Positions 27,854 to 37,177 of a stretch of 64,000 bases of DNA are shown one piece after another. The position numbers and the translations under genes are program-made. Origin of the DNA: an uncultured Verrucomicrobiae bacterium (GTDB lineage: Bacteria > Verrucomicrobiota > Verrucomicrobiia > Chthoniobacterales > UBA10450); the NCBI GenBank assembly GCA_963719605.1, contig CAVRCO010000007.1, forward strand, positions 42,844 to 106,843, in the 5' to 3' direction. The notes below the pieces were generated by a model. It did no database searches. It was not told the origin of the DNA and saw nothing but the letters and a program-made list of their open reading frames with translations. The first letter of the stretch is position 1. Each line of letters opens with the position of its first letter.

Positions 27854-28085
27854 ATCCGACAAATTTTCTCCGAGGCAAACGGCGCAGAGCCGTTCGCTTG
27901 AATTTCCGCGCGGCACGCTTCGCCTTCAGTTTGCCGCCATAGACACTATCGCTAAACATCTTGGTTACGATTTTATCTCCGCGAAGGAAGTGGACCTGAA
28001 AACCATGCGTTTGTTTCTTCGCGCGTGCTTTTGTGTCGATGCGGCGAATGTTTGCCTCCGAATCAGGATTGGGACGTCTTCGCAT
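27846..28085 (-). CDS. small AP2/ERF-like DNA-binding domain protein
   Basis: ATG at 28085 (MRRRPNPD...). THGFQVHFLRGDKIVTKMFSDSVYGGKLKAKRAARKF resembles the bacterial stand-alone AP2 pattern THGW.VR...G....K.FSD...GG...A...A. Confidence 0.5.
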   Translation of the reverse strand: MRRRPNPDSEANIRRIDTKARAKKQTHGFQVHFLRGDKIVTKMFSDSVYGGKLKAKRAARKFKRTALRRLPRRKFVGFK

Positions 28086-28114
28086 AACGAAAGCTAACTG
28101 AACAATCTTAGCAA

Positions 28115-28891
28115 TCAACGAGGCAAACTTGCGGAACCGGTGCGTCCGAAAATCTCCGGAGAAGGCAGATTCCAGGAACGCCATTTCTTATCGTATTCGT
28201 TGGCTGGCAATAATGCGTAGCAAGGATGTTGTTTCGCACGAAGCCAGGTGATCAGTTTTACAAGATTTTCCTGTGCCATCGTCGTGCAGCCGGTGGTCGG
28301 CCGATTCACGCCGCGGCGGATATGAAAGAAAATCGCGCTCCCTGCACCGGGCACTGGTGGATCGGAATTGTGGCGGATTTCGGTGAGCCAGTGATAAGCA
28401 AAATCACCGGAACGCATCTTTTCGTGCGTGTAATTATCCGGTGGATTTTTTGGATCAATCACAATGTGGCGATTGTAATTCGGCGATCGCGAGTCATCGC
28501 TCCAAACGTCTGCCTCGGTCACTTGATGGTATGGATAGTCGCCGCCGGGGGGCAAGTGCGCCTCGTAACCAAAAACCTGACCAATCTCGAAAACGCCCGC
28601 AGGCGCGCGACCGTCGCGTTCTTTCTTTCGAAGACCAGGCTCGTTTTGTCCGGCTAGCCCTGTGCCCCACGCCAGGCCATTTTTGCCAAACAACACCGGA
28701 AACGGTCCAGCCGCCGCTGTCCAACCTCCGCCACGCGCACGTTCAAAGAGTCGCAGCTCGCCGCGCATTGAATTCCATGTGGGCGCGATACCGACGATGA
28801 GCTGCGTGCAATCGTCAGGAACACCATCGGCGTAAGCATGAACGCAAGCTACTATCAGTAGGCAGGCAGCGAGGCAGCGCGAGATTGACAT
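28115..28891 (-). CDS. L,D-transpeptidase family protein (YkuD/YafK-like), secreted
   Basis: Signal peptide MSISRCLAACLLIVACVHAYA. Catalytic motif GSAIFFHIRRGVNRPTTGCTTM (His ... Gly-Cys). Confidence 0.7.
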   Translation of the reverse strand: MSISRCLAACLLIVACVHAYADGVPDDCTQLIVGIAPTWNSMRGELRLFERARGGGWTAAAGPFPVLFGKNGLAWGTGLAGQNEPGLRKKERDGRAPAGVFEIGQVFGYEAHLPPGGDYPYHQVTEADVWSDDSRSPNYNRHIVIDPKNPPDNYTHEKMRSGDFAYHWLTEIRHNSDPPVPGAGSAIFFHIRRGVNRPTTGCTTMAQENLVKLITWLRAKQHPCYALLPANEYDKKWRSWNLPSPEIFGRTGSASLPR

Positions 28892-29011
28892 CAGAGTTCA
28901 GAAGGGAACGCATTTTCCTGGCTCCGCCAATTGTTTTCACATCTGCGGCAGCGGCTGGTAGCGATTGTTTTCCAGCGGCTCCATTAGGTTTGAGCCGAAT
29001 CCCTATCGCTT

Positions 29012-29917
29012 ATGAAAACATCCCTACTGTTCGGAGTAATGCTCGCTGTTCTGGGTGCGGCAATTGCTTCCACATCGGCTCAAACCCAGAGCACGACCGT
29101 TCAAGTTAGCAGGCTCGTTGGCACCAAAGTAAAATCCTCTCAGGGCGAAGAAATTGGCGTGGTTAAGGACGTCATGATCGACCGCAGCACAGGGTGCATG
29201 GCTTACACCGTTCTTTCCACCGGCGAAGGTGGAGCACGTGCTACCGGCGGCGGCAAACTCGTTGCAGTTCCGTGGGCAGTTTATTCCCCTACAAGCGACG
29301 TAAACGCCCTCACTGTGACCGTGGATCGAGAGAGAATTTATAGCGCGCCGGTCTTCGATTATGCGCGCATCGATGAATATTCGAAGCCCGACTACATTAC
29401 CAACGTCTATAGCTACTACGGGGTAAGCCCGGGAGCGGAAGTTGGCGCTGGGGTTTCCCGAACGACCACAACGGGCGTGTCCTCCGGAGAAGCCAACAGC
29501 GCAGGCGCTGCTCGCTCGCCGGTCCAGGGCGCCTCACGTGGAGCAACCGCTTCGCCGGCAGCTACAAGGTCACCTGCGGAGAGAGAGTCACCTGCTGGAA
29601 GAGCGTCTCCGAGTCCACACGCGACAGGAGCAAGGCCTTACGTAACCGCATCACCGCACGAACATGGCCGTGCGGCTGGGAGCCCGCCGGCTAGCGAAGA
29701 GCGCGGTATGAGAGTCAGACCACGGGAAACCGAATCCCCGAGTGGCGGGGCGGAACTTCAGCAAGAACCCTCTCGGGCGACTCGGGAATCTCCATCCGAA
29801 GCAGCCAGTCCCGGTGAAAAAACCACAGAAGGGACCCAACCGCGGCCTCACAGGAAGGCAGAAAGGCGCGAGACTTCATCACCGCCGCCAGAGGGACCTG
29901 AAGAGCAGCAACGGTAA
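29012..29917 (+). CDS. secreted PRC-barrel domain protein with a long Ser/Pro/Glu/Arg-rich tail
   Basis: Signal peptide MKTSLLFGVMLAVLGAAIASTSA. PRC-barrel core: LVGTKVKSSQGEEIGVVKDVMIDRSTGCMAYTVLS...LVAVPW. The C-terminal ~150 aa are low complexity. Confidence 0.65.
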   Translation: MKTSLLFGVMLAVLGAAIASTSAQTQSTTVQVSRLVGTKVKSSQGEEIGVVKDVMIDRSTGCMAYTVLSTGEGGARATGGGKLVAVPWAVYSPTSDVNALTVTVDRERIYSAPVFDYARIDEYSKPDYITNVYSYYGVSPGAEVGAGVSRTTTTGVSSGEANSAGAARSPVQGASRGATASPAATRSPAERESPAGRASPSPHATGARPYVTASPHEHGRAAGSPPASEERGMRVRPRETESPSGGAELQQEPSRATRESPSEAASPGEKTTEGTQPRPHRKAERRETSSPPPEGPEEQQR

Positions 29918-29997
29918 CGAATCGAAATCTGCGTGAATCATCTGCAGCCTGGCTTGCGCTGGCAGATTAGCGTGGCTGCCGCGAGAAGATCTACCTG

Positions 29998-31254
29998 TCA
30001 TGCTTGAGCTTCTACCGCAGCTGTGTCCGCAGGGAGATATTTCGCGCCTATAAGCCATGCCAATCCAGAGGCGAAGATGATTACGGACACAAAAAGAAAC
30101 GCCACACGCATATTTGTGTGGCCGCCGATATATCCAAGCAGCCAGAACGCCTGCACGTCACCCAATGCGTGGATGACAAAGATGTTTGCGGCAAACGCTG
30201 TCGCACGAACCGCAGGCAGCGAAACGTTCGCAAGAGCCGTGTTTGAAGGACCGGTGTTCAAAAACAAGAAAAAGATCGCCAGGAACATCGCGATCCACGC
30301 CGCGGGAAACGGAACGTAAAGGGCCACAACGAAAATCGGACACGCAATCAGCATCCCTATTCCAGAGACCCAGAAATACGAACCGGGAAGACGCGAACGC
30401 AACTTGTCAGCGATGACGCCACCCAGAAGTGTCGAGACCAGGCCTGCGACTACAGTGATCAAGCCAAAAATCGTCATGCCCACCTCGGGACTTTGATGGC
30501 GATAGCGCAGATACGCCGGTACCCAGAAGCCCAATCCGCCCGTTACGAAAGTCATCAATGTCATCGCGATGCAGTTGATGAGATAGGACCGAGTGCGGAA
30601 CAAGTCCAGGTAGTCACGGATGCTCCGGCGCGGTGACCTTTGTACCAGATGATCTGCGGTGACACGCGGGTCGCGTTGCCAGAAACACACAAGGCCGAGC
30701 AACAACCCCGGCGGTGCAACGAGATAAAATGCCCAACGCCAGCCAAGGTGAGCGCCGATCAATCCGCCAATCACATACCCTAGCGCGCTGCCGACTGGAA
30801 TTGCAGCGCAAAAAATCGCCATGATCCGACCCCGTGTTTCAATGGGGAAAAGATCGGACAAGATCGTCGGCGCCGCCGGACCGTAACCGCCTTCGCCAAT
30901 TCCAACGCATACGCGAGTTGCAAAGAGAATCGCGAATGTCGCCGCCAGACCTGAGCCGCCGCTGGCCAGGCTCCACAAAATCACAGCGGAACCTATGATG
31001 ATCCAACGGGAGAATCGATCGGCGAGGAAACCGAGGATTGGCGCGCTAACCATGTAAGTCACGAAAAACGCGTCGCCGAGCAGACCAGTCTTCGTCATCG
31101 CGTTCACGTCGTTCGCTGCAAAAAAAGTTCCGCGAATATCAGGCTCGAGCGCCGCCAGAATTTGCCGGTCGATGTAATTGAAAAGATTGATGGCCAGCAG
31201 AAGGAAAAGTGCAGTTCGCGCGCCGCTCAGCGGAGTTTTCGAGGCAGATTCCAT
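29998..31254 (-). CDS. MFS transporter (Spinster-like subfamily)
   Basis: 418 aa with about 12 TM helices. N-terminal FLLLAINLFNYIDRQILAALEPDI and FLADRFSR motifs are typical of this MFS group. Confidence 0.8.
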   Translation of the reverse strand: MESASKTPLSGARTALFLLLAINLFNYIDRQILAALEPDIRGTFFAANDVNAMTKTGLLGDAFFVTYMVSAPILGFLADRFSRWIIIGSAVILWSLASGGSGLAATFAILFATRVCVGIGEGGYGPAAPTILSDLFPIETRGRIMAIFCAAIPVGSALGYVIGGLIGAHLGWRWAFYLVAPPGLLLGLVCFWQRDPRVTADHLVQRSPRRSIRDYLDLFRTRSYLINCIAMTLMTFVTGGLGFWVPAYLRYRHQSPEVGMTIFGLITVVAGLVSTLLGGVIADKLRSRLPGSYFWVSGIGMLIACPIFVVALYVPFPAAWIAMFLAIFFLFLNTGPSNTALANVSLPAVRATAFAANIFVIHALGDVQAFWLLGYIGGHTNMRVAFLFVSVIIFASGLAWLIGAKYLPADTAAVEAQA

Positions 31255-31426
31255 TGGTTAGTCTTCGTTGATTGTCGGTCTCACTGAAAGAGGCGGAATT
31301 GGAAGTCAGGCGGGCAGCCTGACATCCGACTCGTTCGCACTCCAAACTGACAATTGACCAACCTCACCGTTTCCATTGGCACTTGGCGATTGCAGTTTGC
31401 CGAGCGCCAATTGTAAATGATAAACG

Positions 31427-33634
31427 ATGCCTTCCATGTCCCGCACTGAACGCGCGCTCTACTTCTTTGGACGACTGCTGGTGCGTTGCTTTTATCGGGT
31501 CACTGCGTTGGGACTGGAAAACATGCCCGCAGGCGGATTTCTACTTCTGCCTAACCACATCACGTGGGTTGATGCCATCGTTCTGCAACTCGCTTGTCGG
31601 CGGCCAATTCGCTACATCATCGACGAGGAGTATTATTATCAGCCGATTCTACACCCGCTTCTGCGCACGCTGGGTTGCATTCCAATCAATATTCGGCATT
31701 CGCGTTCCGCCATTCGCGCCGCGACTGAAAAAATCGCTCAAGGCGAGATCGTCTGTCTTTTTCCCGAGGGCCAGCTGGAGCGCACCGGGGTTCTTTTGCG
31801 CTTGCAGCGCGGTTACGAATTGATTGCGCGCCACGCTAATGCGCGAGTCGTTCCGGTTTGGCTCGATCAGCTTTGGGGTTCAATTTTCTCATTCCAAGGC
31901 GGACGATTTTTCACGAAATTTCCCCGGCGGATCCCGTATCCTGTCATCATCGCCTTTGGCAAACCGCTCCAGGGCGAGGCCGCCGACAATGCGACCGTCC
32001 GTGAGGAATTGCTTAAACTAGGTGAATTTTGTTTCAGCCGCCGGCCGTCATTAGATCGGCACCTTGCCGAAGAATGTGTACGCGGACTGAAGCGGAGACG
32101 GTTCGCGACGGCGGTGATCGACGGAATCGATCATAGCCAGCTGAGCCGGGCAAAGCTGCTCGGCGCGGCAGCGGCATTGAGTCGCTATCTTCGGAAAGAA
32201 TTTTCTGACGAACGAATCGCAATCGTTTTGCCTGCCAGCAAAGCGTCGATGCTTGCGAACCTGGCAGTCACGCTCGCGGACAAAGTCCCTGTGGATCTTA
32301 ATTTCACTTTGGGACCCGCGGCGAATGAATCTTGCTGCAGGCGCGCCAATTTGCGGGTCGCAATTTCAGCCACGCAATTCATCGAACGACTCAAAGATTT
32401 TCCGTGGCCGGAACGTGTTTTGAAATTGGACGAACTGATGCCGCAGTTGAAACGCAACATCATTTTCTGGTGGATCGTGTCGATTCTGGTTCCTGCACGT
32501 TTACTCTTGCGTCTTTTGCAAATTCCAAAGAAAGGCGGCCACAGAGAAGCGGTTTTGCTTTTTACAAGTGGAACCACCGGAGAACCAAAGGGCGTCGTAA
32601 TCAGCCACCGCAACGTTGTCGGAAATGTCTCGCAGTTTCGGCAACTGCTGGACGCACGAGAGACCGACGCCATCCTCGCGTCGCTGCCGTTCTTTCACAC
32701 CTTCGGATCGACCGTCACACTCTGGTATCCGCTCATCGAAGGTGTGCGAATTGTGACGTATCCCAATCCGCTGGAACCGGCAAAGAACGCAGCGTTGATC
32801 GAACAATACAAACTAACGCTCCTTCTGGCGACTCCCACTTTTCTGCGCGTGTACCTGCGCAAAGCCGAACCGCATCAGCTTTGCAGCTTGCGCCTCATTA
32901 TCACCGGCGCCGAAAAGTTGCCGCTCGATCTTACCGCCCATTTTGAAAAACGGTTCGACAAAAAAGTCTTCGAAGGCTACGGCCTCACCGAGACAGCGCC
33001 GGTGGTTAGCACAAATCTGCCCGATCCGGAACCGAAAAAGCCTGGAGAACACGTGCAATCATCCAGCCGTTTGGGGTCAGTTGGCAGGCTGGCGCCGGGA
33101 ATCGCCGCGGAAATTCGCGAACCCGAAACGGATCAAAACCTTTCGCTGTACGAAACCGGAATGCTTTGGTTGCGCGGGCCAAACATCTTCGAAGGTTATC
33201 TGCACGATTCCAAACAAACCGCGGAAGTTCTTCGCGATGGCTGGTTGAAAACAGGCGATATCGGCCGGTTCGATGAGGACGGATTTCTTTATATCGAAGG
33301 GCGCCTGTCGCGATTTTCAAAGATCGGTGGCGAAATGGTGCCGCACGAAACAATCGAGAGCAAAATTGTCGATCTGCTTGGTTTGTCCGGGAGAGACGAG
33401 CGCCCGCTGGCAGTCATGGGCGTGCAGGACGAGGCAAAAGGCGAGGCGCTCGTTCTGCTTAGCGCCGTAGATATCGATCTCGCGGAGTTGCGCAGCAAGC
33501 TTCACGAAGCGGGCGTGCCAAACTTGTGGATTCCCAAACAGATCCAGCGAGTTGAAGCAATCCCAGTTCTCGCTTCAGGCAAACTCGATTTGAAAAAATG
33601 CCAGGGACTCGTAGCTGAAGGCCCGCGCACATGA
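31427..33634 (+). CDS. bifunctional lysophospholipid acyltransferase / acyl-ACP (acyl-CoA) synthetase, Aas-like
   Basis: N-terminal PlsC domain with HX4D (NHITWVD) and FPEGQL. C-terminal AMP-binding domain has LLFTSGTTGEPKGV, GYGLTET, GDIGRFDEDGFLYIEGR. Architecture is the same as E. coli Aas. Confidence 0.8.
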   Translation: MPSMSRTERALYFFGRLLVRCFYRVTALGLENMPAGGFLLLPNHITWVDAIVLQLACRRPIRYIIDEEYYYQPILHPLLRTLGCIPINIRHSRSAIRAATEKIAQGEIVCLFPEGQLERTGVLLRLQRGYELIARHANARVVPVWLDQLWGSIFSFQGGRFFTKFPRRIPYPVIIAFGKPLQGEAADNATVREELLKLGEFCFSRRPSLDRHLAEECVRGLKRRRFATAVIDGIDHSQLSRAKLLGAAAALSRYLRKEFSDERIAIVLPASKASMLANLAVTLADKVPVDLNFTLGPAANESCCRRANLRVAISATQFIERLKDFPWPERVLKLDELMPQLKRNIIFWWIVSILVPARLLLRLLQIPKKGGHREAVLLFTSGTTGEPKGVVISHRNVVGNVSQFRQLLDARETDAILASLPFFHTFGSTVTLWYPLIEGVRIVTYPNPLEPAKNAALIEQYKLTLLLATPTFLRVYLRKAEPHQLCSLRLIITGAEKLPLDLTAHFEKRFDKKVFEGYGLTETAPVVSTNLPDPEPKKPGEHVQSSSRLGSVGRLAPGIAAEIREPETDQNLSLYETGMLWLRGPNIFEGYLHDSKQTAEVLRDGWLKTGDIGRFDEDGFLYIEGRLSRFSKIGGEMVPHETIESKIVDLLGLSGRDERPLAVMGVQDEAKGEALVLLSAVDIDLAELRSKLHEAGVPNLWIPKQIQRVEAIPVLASGKLDLKKCQGLVAEGPRT

Positions 33635-34131
33635 CCGATAAAAGCTGCATCGTTGCAGCAATAACATTTCTGACTGTGTTGTCCCCGTGGGCGTGTGCCG
33701 GCGAAACCTCGAACAAAATCGACAATCGCGCAGCTATTGGAGCATTTACTCGAGAGCTTTTGCGCGTATTCGAGAACCTCGATATGAAACAGTTTATCGC
33801 TTGTTTCGCTGACGACGCGACGGTGTTTTTTCCGATGCCTGAACCGCCTGAACGTGTCCAGGGGAAACAAGCGATCCAGCAACGTTTCGAGAGCGTTTTC
33901 GCCTCAATCCGCAGCACCGCGAAGACGGGTCCGCCTTTTCACCATCTCGTCCCTGAGGATCTTTCGATTCAACTGATTCCCGGACACACCGCCGTTGTCT
34001 CATTCCACCTCAGGAATGAAGAGCGCATCGGGCGTCGAACTCTTGTGCTTACGAAGATGAATGGCCAATGGCTAATTATCCATCTGCACGCTTCTAACGC
34101 TCCAGTCGCCGCGAAATCAAAGAATCACTGA
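33631..34131 (+). CDS. secreted NTF2-like (SnoaL/DUF4440) protein
   Basis: ATGA overlap with the aas-like stop. Leader MTDKSCIVAAITFLTVLSPWACA. Core FIACFADDATVFFP ... GHTAVVSFHL ... TLVLTKMNGQWLIIHLHAS. Confidence 0.65.
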   Translation: MTDKSCIVAAITFLTVLSPWACAGETSNKIDNRAAIGAFTRELLRVFENLDMKQFIACFADDATVFFPMPEPPERVQGKQAIQQRFESVFASIRSTAKTGPPFHHLVPEDLSIQLIPGHTAVVSFHLRNEERIGRRTLVLTKMNGQWLIIHLHASNAPVAAKSKNH

Positions 34132-35162
34132 TGAACAGCCGGATCTTCCTCTTTCAAACGCCAGGGTGAAATTTTGCCAAAAAGATCGCGCGTCGCGCCC
34201 GCAATGTCTTCGGCTTTCGAGACGCCGCTGTCGATGAGCGCGCGCCCGGTGCTCGCCCAAATCTTCTTCACAACCAGCGCGCCATTTTCTCGGACGATTC
34301 GACCAAGATGCTGAGCAGCTGCAGCTGTAGCGGATTTACGGATAAGTTCGGCGGGACATCGCGACGTAAGTTCGCAATAGCGCCGCGCGACTTCTCCCAC
34401 GCGCAGTGTGAGGAATGCGTTTGCAGCGCCGTTGGAAACACATTTCACCAGGAGCGCTGAGATGCCGCTCAACCCTGGAATTCCGCCTTTGAGCGCCGGC
34501 ACGACAGAGACAGCGAGCGGCGCGACCATCTCTCCAAGGTCGAGCGACTCGAGCCCGCTGGCGATAAAGGCTGTGCCGGCCACATTCGCGTACAGCCGCA
34601 CCAATTCGCGAGGCGAGGGACGCTGCACATAAATTCGCGCGATGCGTCCGACCATTTGAATTTGCGTAAACAGAACAATGAGTCCATCGAGCCGGCCATT
34701 TTGCATTAGGGCCGTGCTAAGAAATACCGTGCTTGCTGTCCTGCGGACGACTAAATCCGCTTGGGCAGACAGATGCCCAACCGCTTTTTCGATCTCTTCC
34801 TTGGTAACGATAGGCAGATCTCGTGTCCGCGGATTTGCCGCGAGTCGGATACGGAGAGCCTCCAAATAGGCTTCGTGCTTCGGGCCAGAACGTTCCTCCG
34901 GTGGGATGAGCGCAGGGGGAAGCCTTGCGTATGCAATCGCACAGTAGAGCGCGAAAAACCCAGCAGCCAGGCAAACAGCCCAGAATACGATCGTGCCAGC
35001 AACTGGATGGATTCTGTCTGCCAGTGAGATCAGGCTGGCGGCGCCTGCGATGATTAACGACACCAGGCAGACGCTTATCGTCACTGCGAGAACTACGATT
35101 GTTTTCCTCGCACTGAAATTCTGAGCTTCGGCGGCGGCTCTCACCTCATCCTTACTGTGCAC
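34125..35162 (-). CDS. YcjF-like DUF697 (UPF0283) inner-membrane protein
   Basis: Two N-terminal TM helices followed by a DUF697-type region: TASTVFLSTALMQNGRLDGLIVLFTQIQMVGRIARIY. Confidence 0.6.
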   Translation of the reverse strand: MHSKDEVRAAAEAQNFSARKTIVVLAVTISVCLVSLIIAGAASLISLADRIHPVAGTIVFWAVCLAAGFFALYCAIAYARLPPALIPPEERSGPKHEAYLEALRIRLAANPRTRDLPIVTKEEIEKAVGHLSAQADLVVRRTASTVFLSTALMQNGRLDGLIVLFTQIQMVGRIARIYVQRPSPRELVRLYANVAGTAFIASGLESLDLGEMVAPLAVSVVPALKGGIPGLSGISALLVKCVSNGAANAFLTLRVGEVARRYCELTSRCPAELIRKSATAAAAQHLGRIVRENGALVVKKIWASTGRALIDSGVSKAEDIAGATRDLFGKISPWRLKEEDPAVHQ

Positions 35163-35360
35163 TCAGCGCAGCGGCCTTCAATTGAAAGGTGAACAACGGG
35201 TTCGCTGCTGAACACGATGGCGCAATTTCAGATTGGCGCCTCGCGCAATTGCACGCGAAGCTGCACAAAGGAAATGTATAAGAGCATAACCCTGGCAGTA
35301 AAACTTTCGATGGTGCCACTGCTGGTCGTTTACTCCGCGCGTGCGGACGAAAAGCCGACG

Positions 35361-36299
35361 ATGAAAGCAGTCGTCGCACATGAGTATGGCGCGCCTGAAG
35401 TGCTGAAATTTGAAGAGGTCTCGCGACCGCAGCCGAACGAAGATGAAGCTCTCGTGCGCGTGATTGCCAGCGGCGTCAATCCAGCCGACCCGCTCACGCT
35501 CAGCGGAAAATACGCGCGGGAATTCGGCACGCACTTGCCGTTGATCCCCGGTTACGAAATCGCCGGCATCGTTGAAAAGACTGGTGCAAACATCACGAAG
35601 CTCAAAGTAGGGGATGCGGTTTACGGGTACCCGACTTTCGGAGGTGGCTGGGCCGATTACGTCACCGTCAAGGAGTGGGAAGTGGCGGCGAAGCCCAAGT
35701 CTCTCAACTTTGCGGACGCAGCGGCGGTGCCGATGGGCGCGTTGACCGCGTGGCAGGCCCTCGTGGACGTGGCGAAACTACAGCCGGGACAAACCATTCT
35801 AATCCACGGCGGCTCAGGCGGTGTGGGAAGCTTCGCGATCCAGATCGCCAAAGCGCGTGGAGCGCGGGTTATTGCCACCGCTTCAACGGCAAACCAGGAC
35901 CTTCTTAAGCAACTCGGCGCAGATGTGGCAGTCGACTACACGAAAACCAAATTTGAGGATGTTGCCAAGGATGTCGACGCGGTGCTCGATCCCGTAGGCA
36001 AAGAAACGCTCGCTCGTTCTTATGACGTAGTTAAGAAAGGCGGGATTGTAATCTCGTTAGTCGCGCTCCCGGATCGGGCCGAGCTTCAGAAACGTGGCAT
36101 TCATGGAGCGGCGATGTCAGTTCATCCGGACGCTGAAGACCTCACGCAGATTGCCCATTTGATCGACGAGGGGAAAATCAAGCCAATCGTGACGCAGGTT
36201 CTGCCGCTGAGCGAGGCGGTCGCGGCGCAACAACAGGCTGCGACGCATCATACGCGCGGAAAAGTTGTGCTCCGGATTGCAGATGAGCCGAAAGCTTGA
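35361..36299 (+). CDS. zinc-type alcohol dehydrogenase/NADPH:quinone reductase family (MDR) protein
   Basis: MKAVVAHEYGAPEVLKFEEV, GVNPAD, Rossmann IHGGSGGVGSFAIQIAK. An in-frame upstream ATG at 35274 would add a signal-peptide-like leader. Confidence 0.8.
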   Translation: MKAVVAHEYGAPEVLKFEEVSRPQPNEDEALVRVIASGVNPADPLTLSGKYAREFGTHLPLIPGYEIAGIVEKTGANITKLKVGDAVYGYPTFGGGWADYVTVKEWEVAAKPKSLNFADAAAVPMGALTAWQALVDVAKLQPGQTILIHGGSGGVGSFAIQIAKARGARVIATASTANQDLLKQLGADVAVDYTKTKFEDVAKDVDAVLDPVGKETLARSYDVVKKGGIVISLVALPDRAELQKRGIHGAAMSVHPDAEDLTQIAHLIDEGKIKPIVTQVLPLSEAVAAQQQAATHHTRGKVVLRIADEPKA

Positions 36300-36331
36300 C
36301 GCAACCTGTGGACATTTAAAGCTTGCCTGCG

Positions 36332-36628
36332 ATGAAAAATGCATTCGTGGCAATTTCTTCTGCTGGCCCAAACCGCGATTCATCGAAGGGCACACGTGAA
36401 CAGCTCTTTTGGGATGAGCACGCGAAGTTCATCGATCAACTCGTTGACGACGGTTTTATTCTGATGGGCGGCCCTTTGGTCGATGAGGGCGGCTCTCTAC
36501 TGGTCTTGAATGCTGGAGATGAAAACGAAGTGCGGGAGAAATTGAAAAACGACCCGTGGGCTGAGCATGGCATTCTGAAACTGGAGAGCGTAAAGCGCTG
36601 GGAAATCTTTATTGACCAGAGGAAGTAA
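36332..36628 (+). CDS. YciI family protein
   Basis: About 98 aa. HAKFIDQLVDDGFILMGGPL ... DPWAEHGILKLESVKRWEI matches the YCII-related domain pattern. Confidence 0.7.
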   Translation: MKNAFVAISSAGPNRDSSKGTREQLFWDEHAKFIDQLVDDGFILMGGPLVDEGGSLLVLNAGDENEVREKLKNDPWAEHGILKLESVKRWEIFIDQRK

Positions 36629-36711
36629 GATTTGATTTGTGCTCGGAGGGCAGACCTCCGTGCCGTCCGCGTTCGATTGCTTGTTCTTGCTCTTCGCAAT
36701 ACACTTTGGGC

Positions 36712-37005
36712 ATGACCGCTAACGAGATCATCGAGGAGATCAAGCAGCTCCATCCCAAAGAACAGTTGGGTGTGATCCGTTTTGCTTATCAGCTGGATGC
36801 CGATCGGCGGCTTACCGGCAAAGAATTGGCCGAACTAGCGGAGCGAATGGTGAATACAACGGATCGGGCCGAAGAAGCGATCATTCGCGAAGCGATGATT
36901 CGCGGCTTCTATAGCGCGACCGCCGGACGCGTCGGATCAGGACCGAGAAACAAGCGCGCTGTCGCGAAAAGAAATAGGAACAAGCGTTCCGCGAAGCGGG
37001 TGTAG
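36712..37005 (+). CDS. putative addiction-module antitoxin-like small protein with no adjacent toxin
   Basis: MTANEIIEEIKQLHPKEQLGVIRFAYQLD resembles the 'putative addiction module component' N-terminal helix. The C-terminal tail is strongly basic. Confidence 0.4.
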   Translation: MTANEIIEEIKQLHPKEQLGVIRFAYQLDADRRLTGKELAELAERMVNTTDRAEEAIIREAMIRGFYSATAGRVGSGPRNKRAVAKRNRNKRSAKRV

Positions 37006-37026
37006 AGGCGGCTGCTGCTCGCGAAT

Positions 37027-37177
37027 GGAGCCGAGCGGACACGAGCGACATAGATGGGCAAACCGACAGGTCGAATGGAGCTTTTGGGAAAAGCGACATA
37101 GAAGGCAAAGCCGCGATGGGTAGTGGCGAGCGAGCTGGGAAGCGAACGAGTTTCAAATGCGCGGGAGCGCATGAGTC
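37027..37177. mobile_element. 151-bp modular dispersed repeat (MITE-like), intergenic copy
   Basis: By manual alignment, 133/136 nt (37043-37178) are identical to 58168-58303. It is bracketed by AAT at 37024-37026 and 37178-37180 and contains two GAATGGAGC-N-AGCGACATAGAWGG modules. Confidence 0.55.

Noticed and set aside
29998-31254. Calling the MFS gene lplT because it neighbours the aas-like gene
   Set aside because: It is divergently transcribed rather than in an operon, and its N-terminal motifs look Spinster-like rather than LplT-like. Adjacency alone is insufficient.
36909-37172. 87-aa minus-strand ORF through the 37-kb repeat copy, which in one frame gives a recurring peptide motif (GFAFYVAFPKSSI / GLPIYVAR / DFTFYVADPISSI in the 58-kb copy)
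   Set aside because: The periodic peptide simply reflects the DNA module repeat. The ORF runs antisense into the neighbouring gene at 37 kb and is interrupted by a stop at 58 kb, and no start context is shared. I treat it as non-coding, though a coding role is not strictly excluded.
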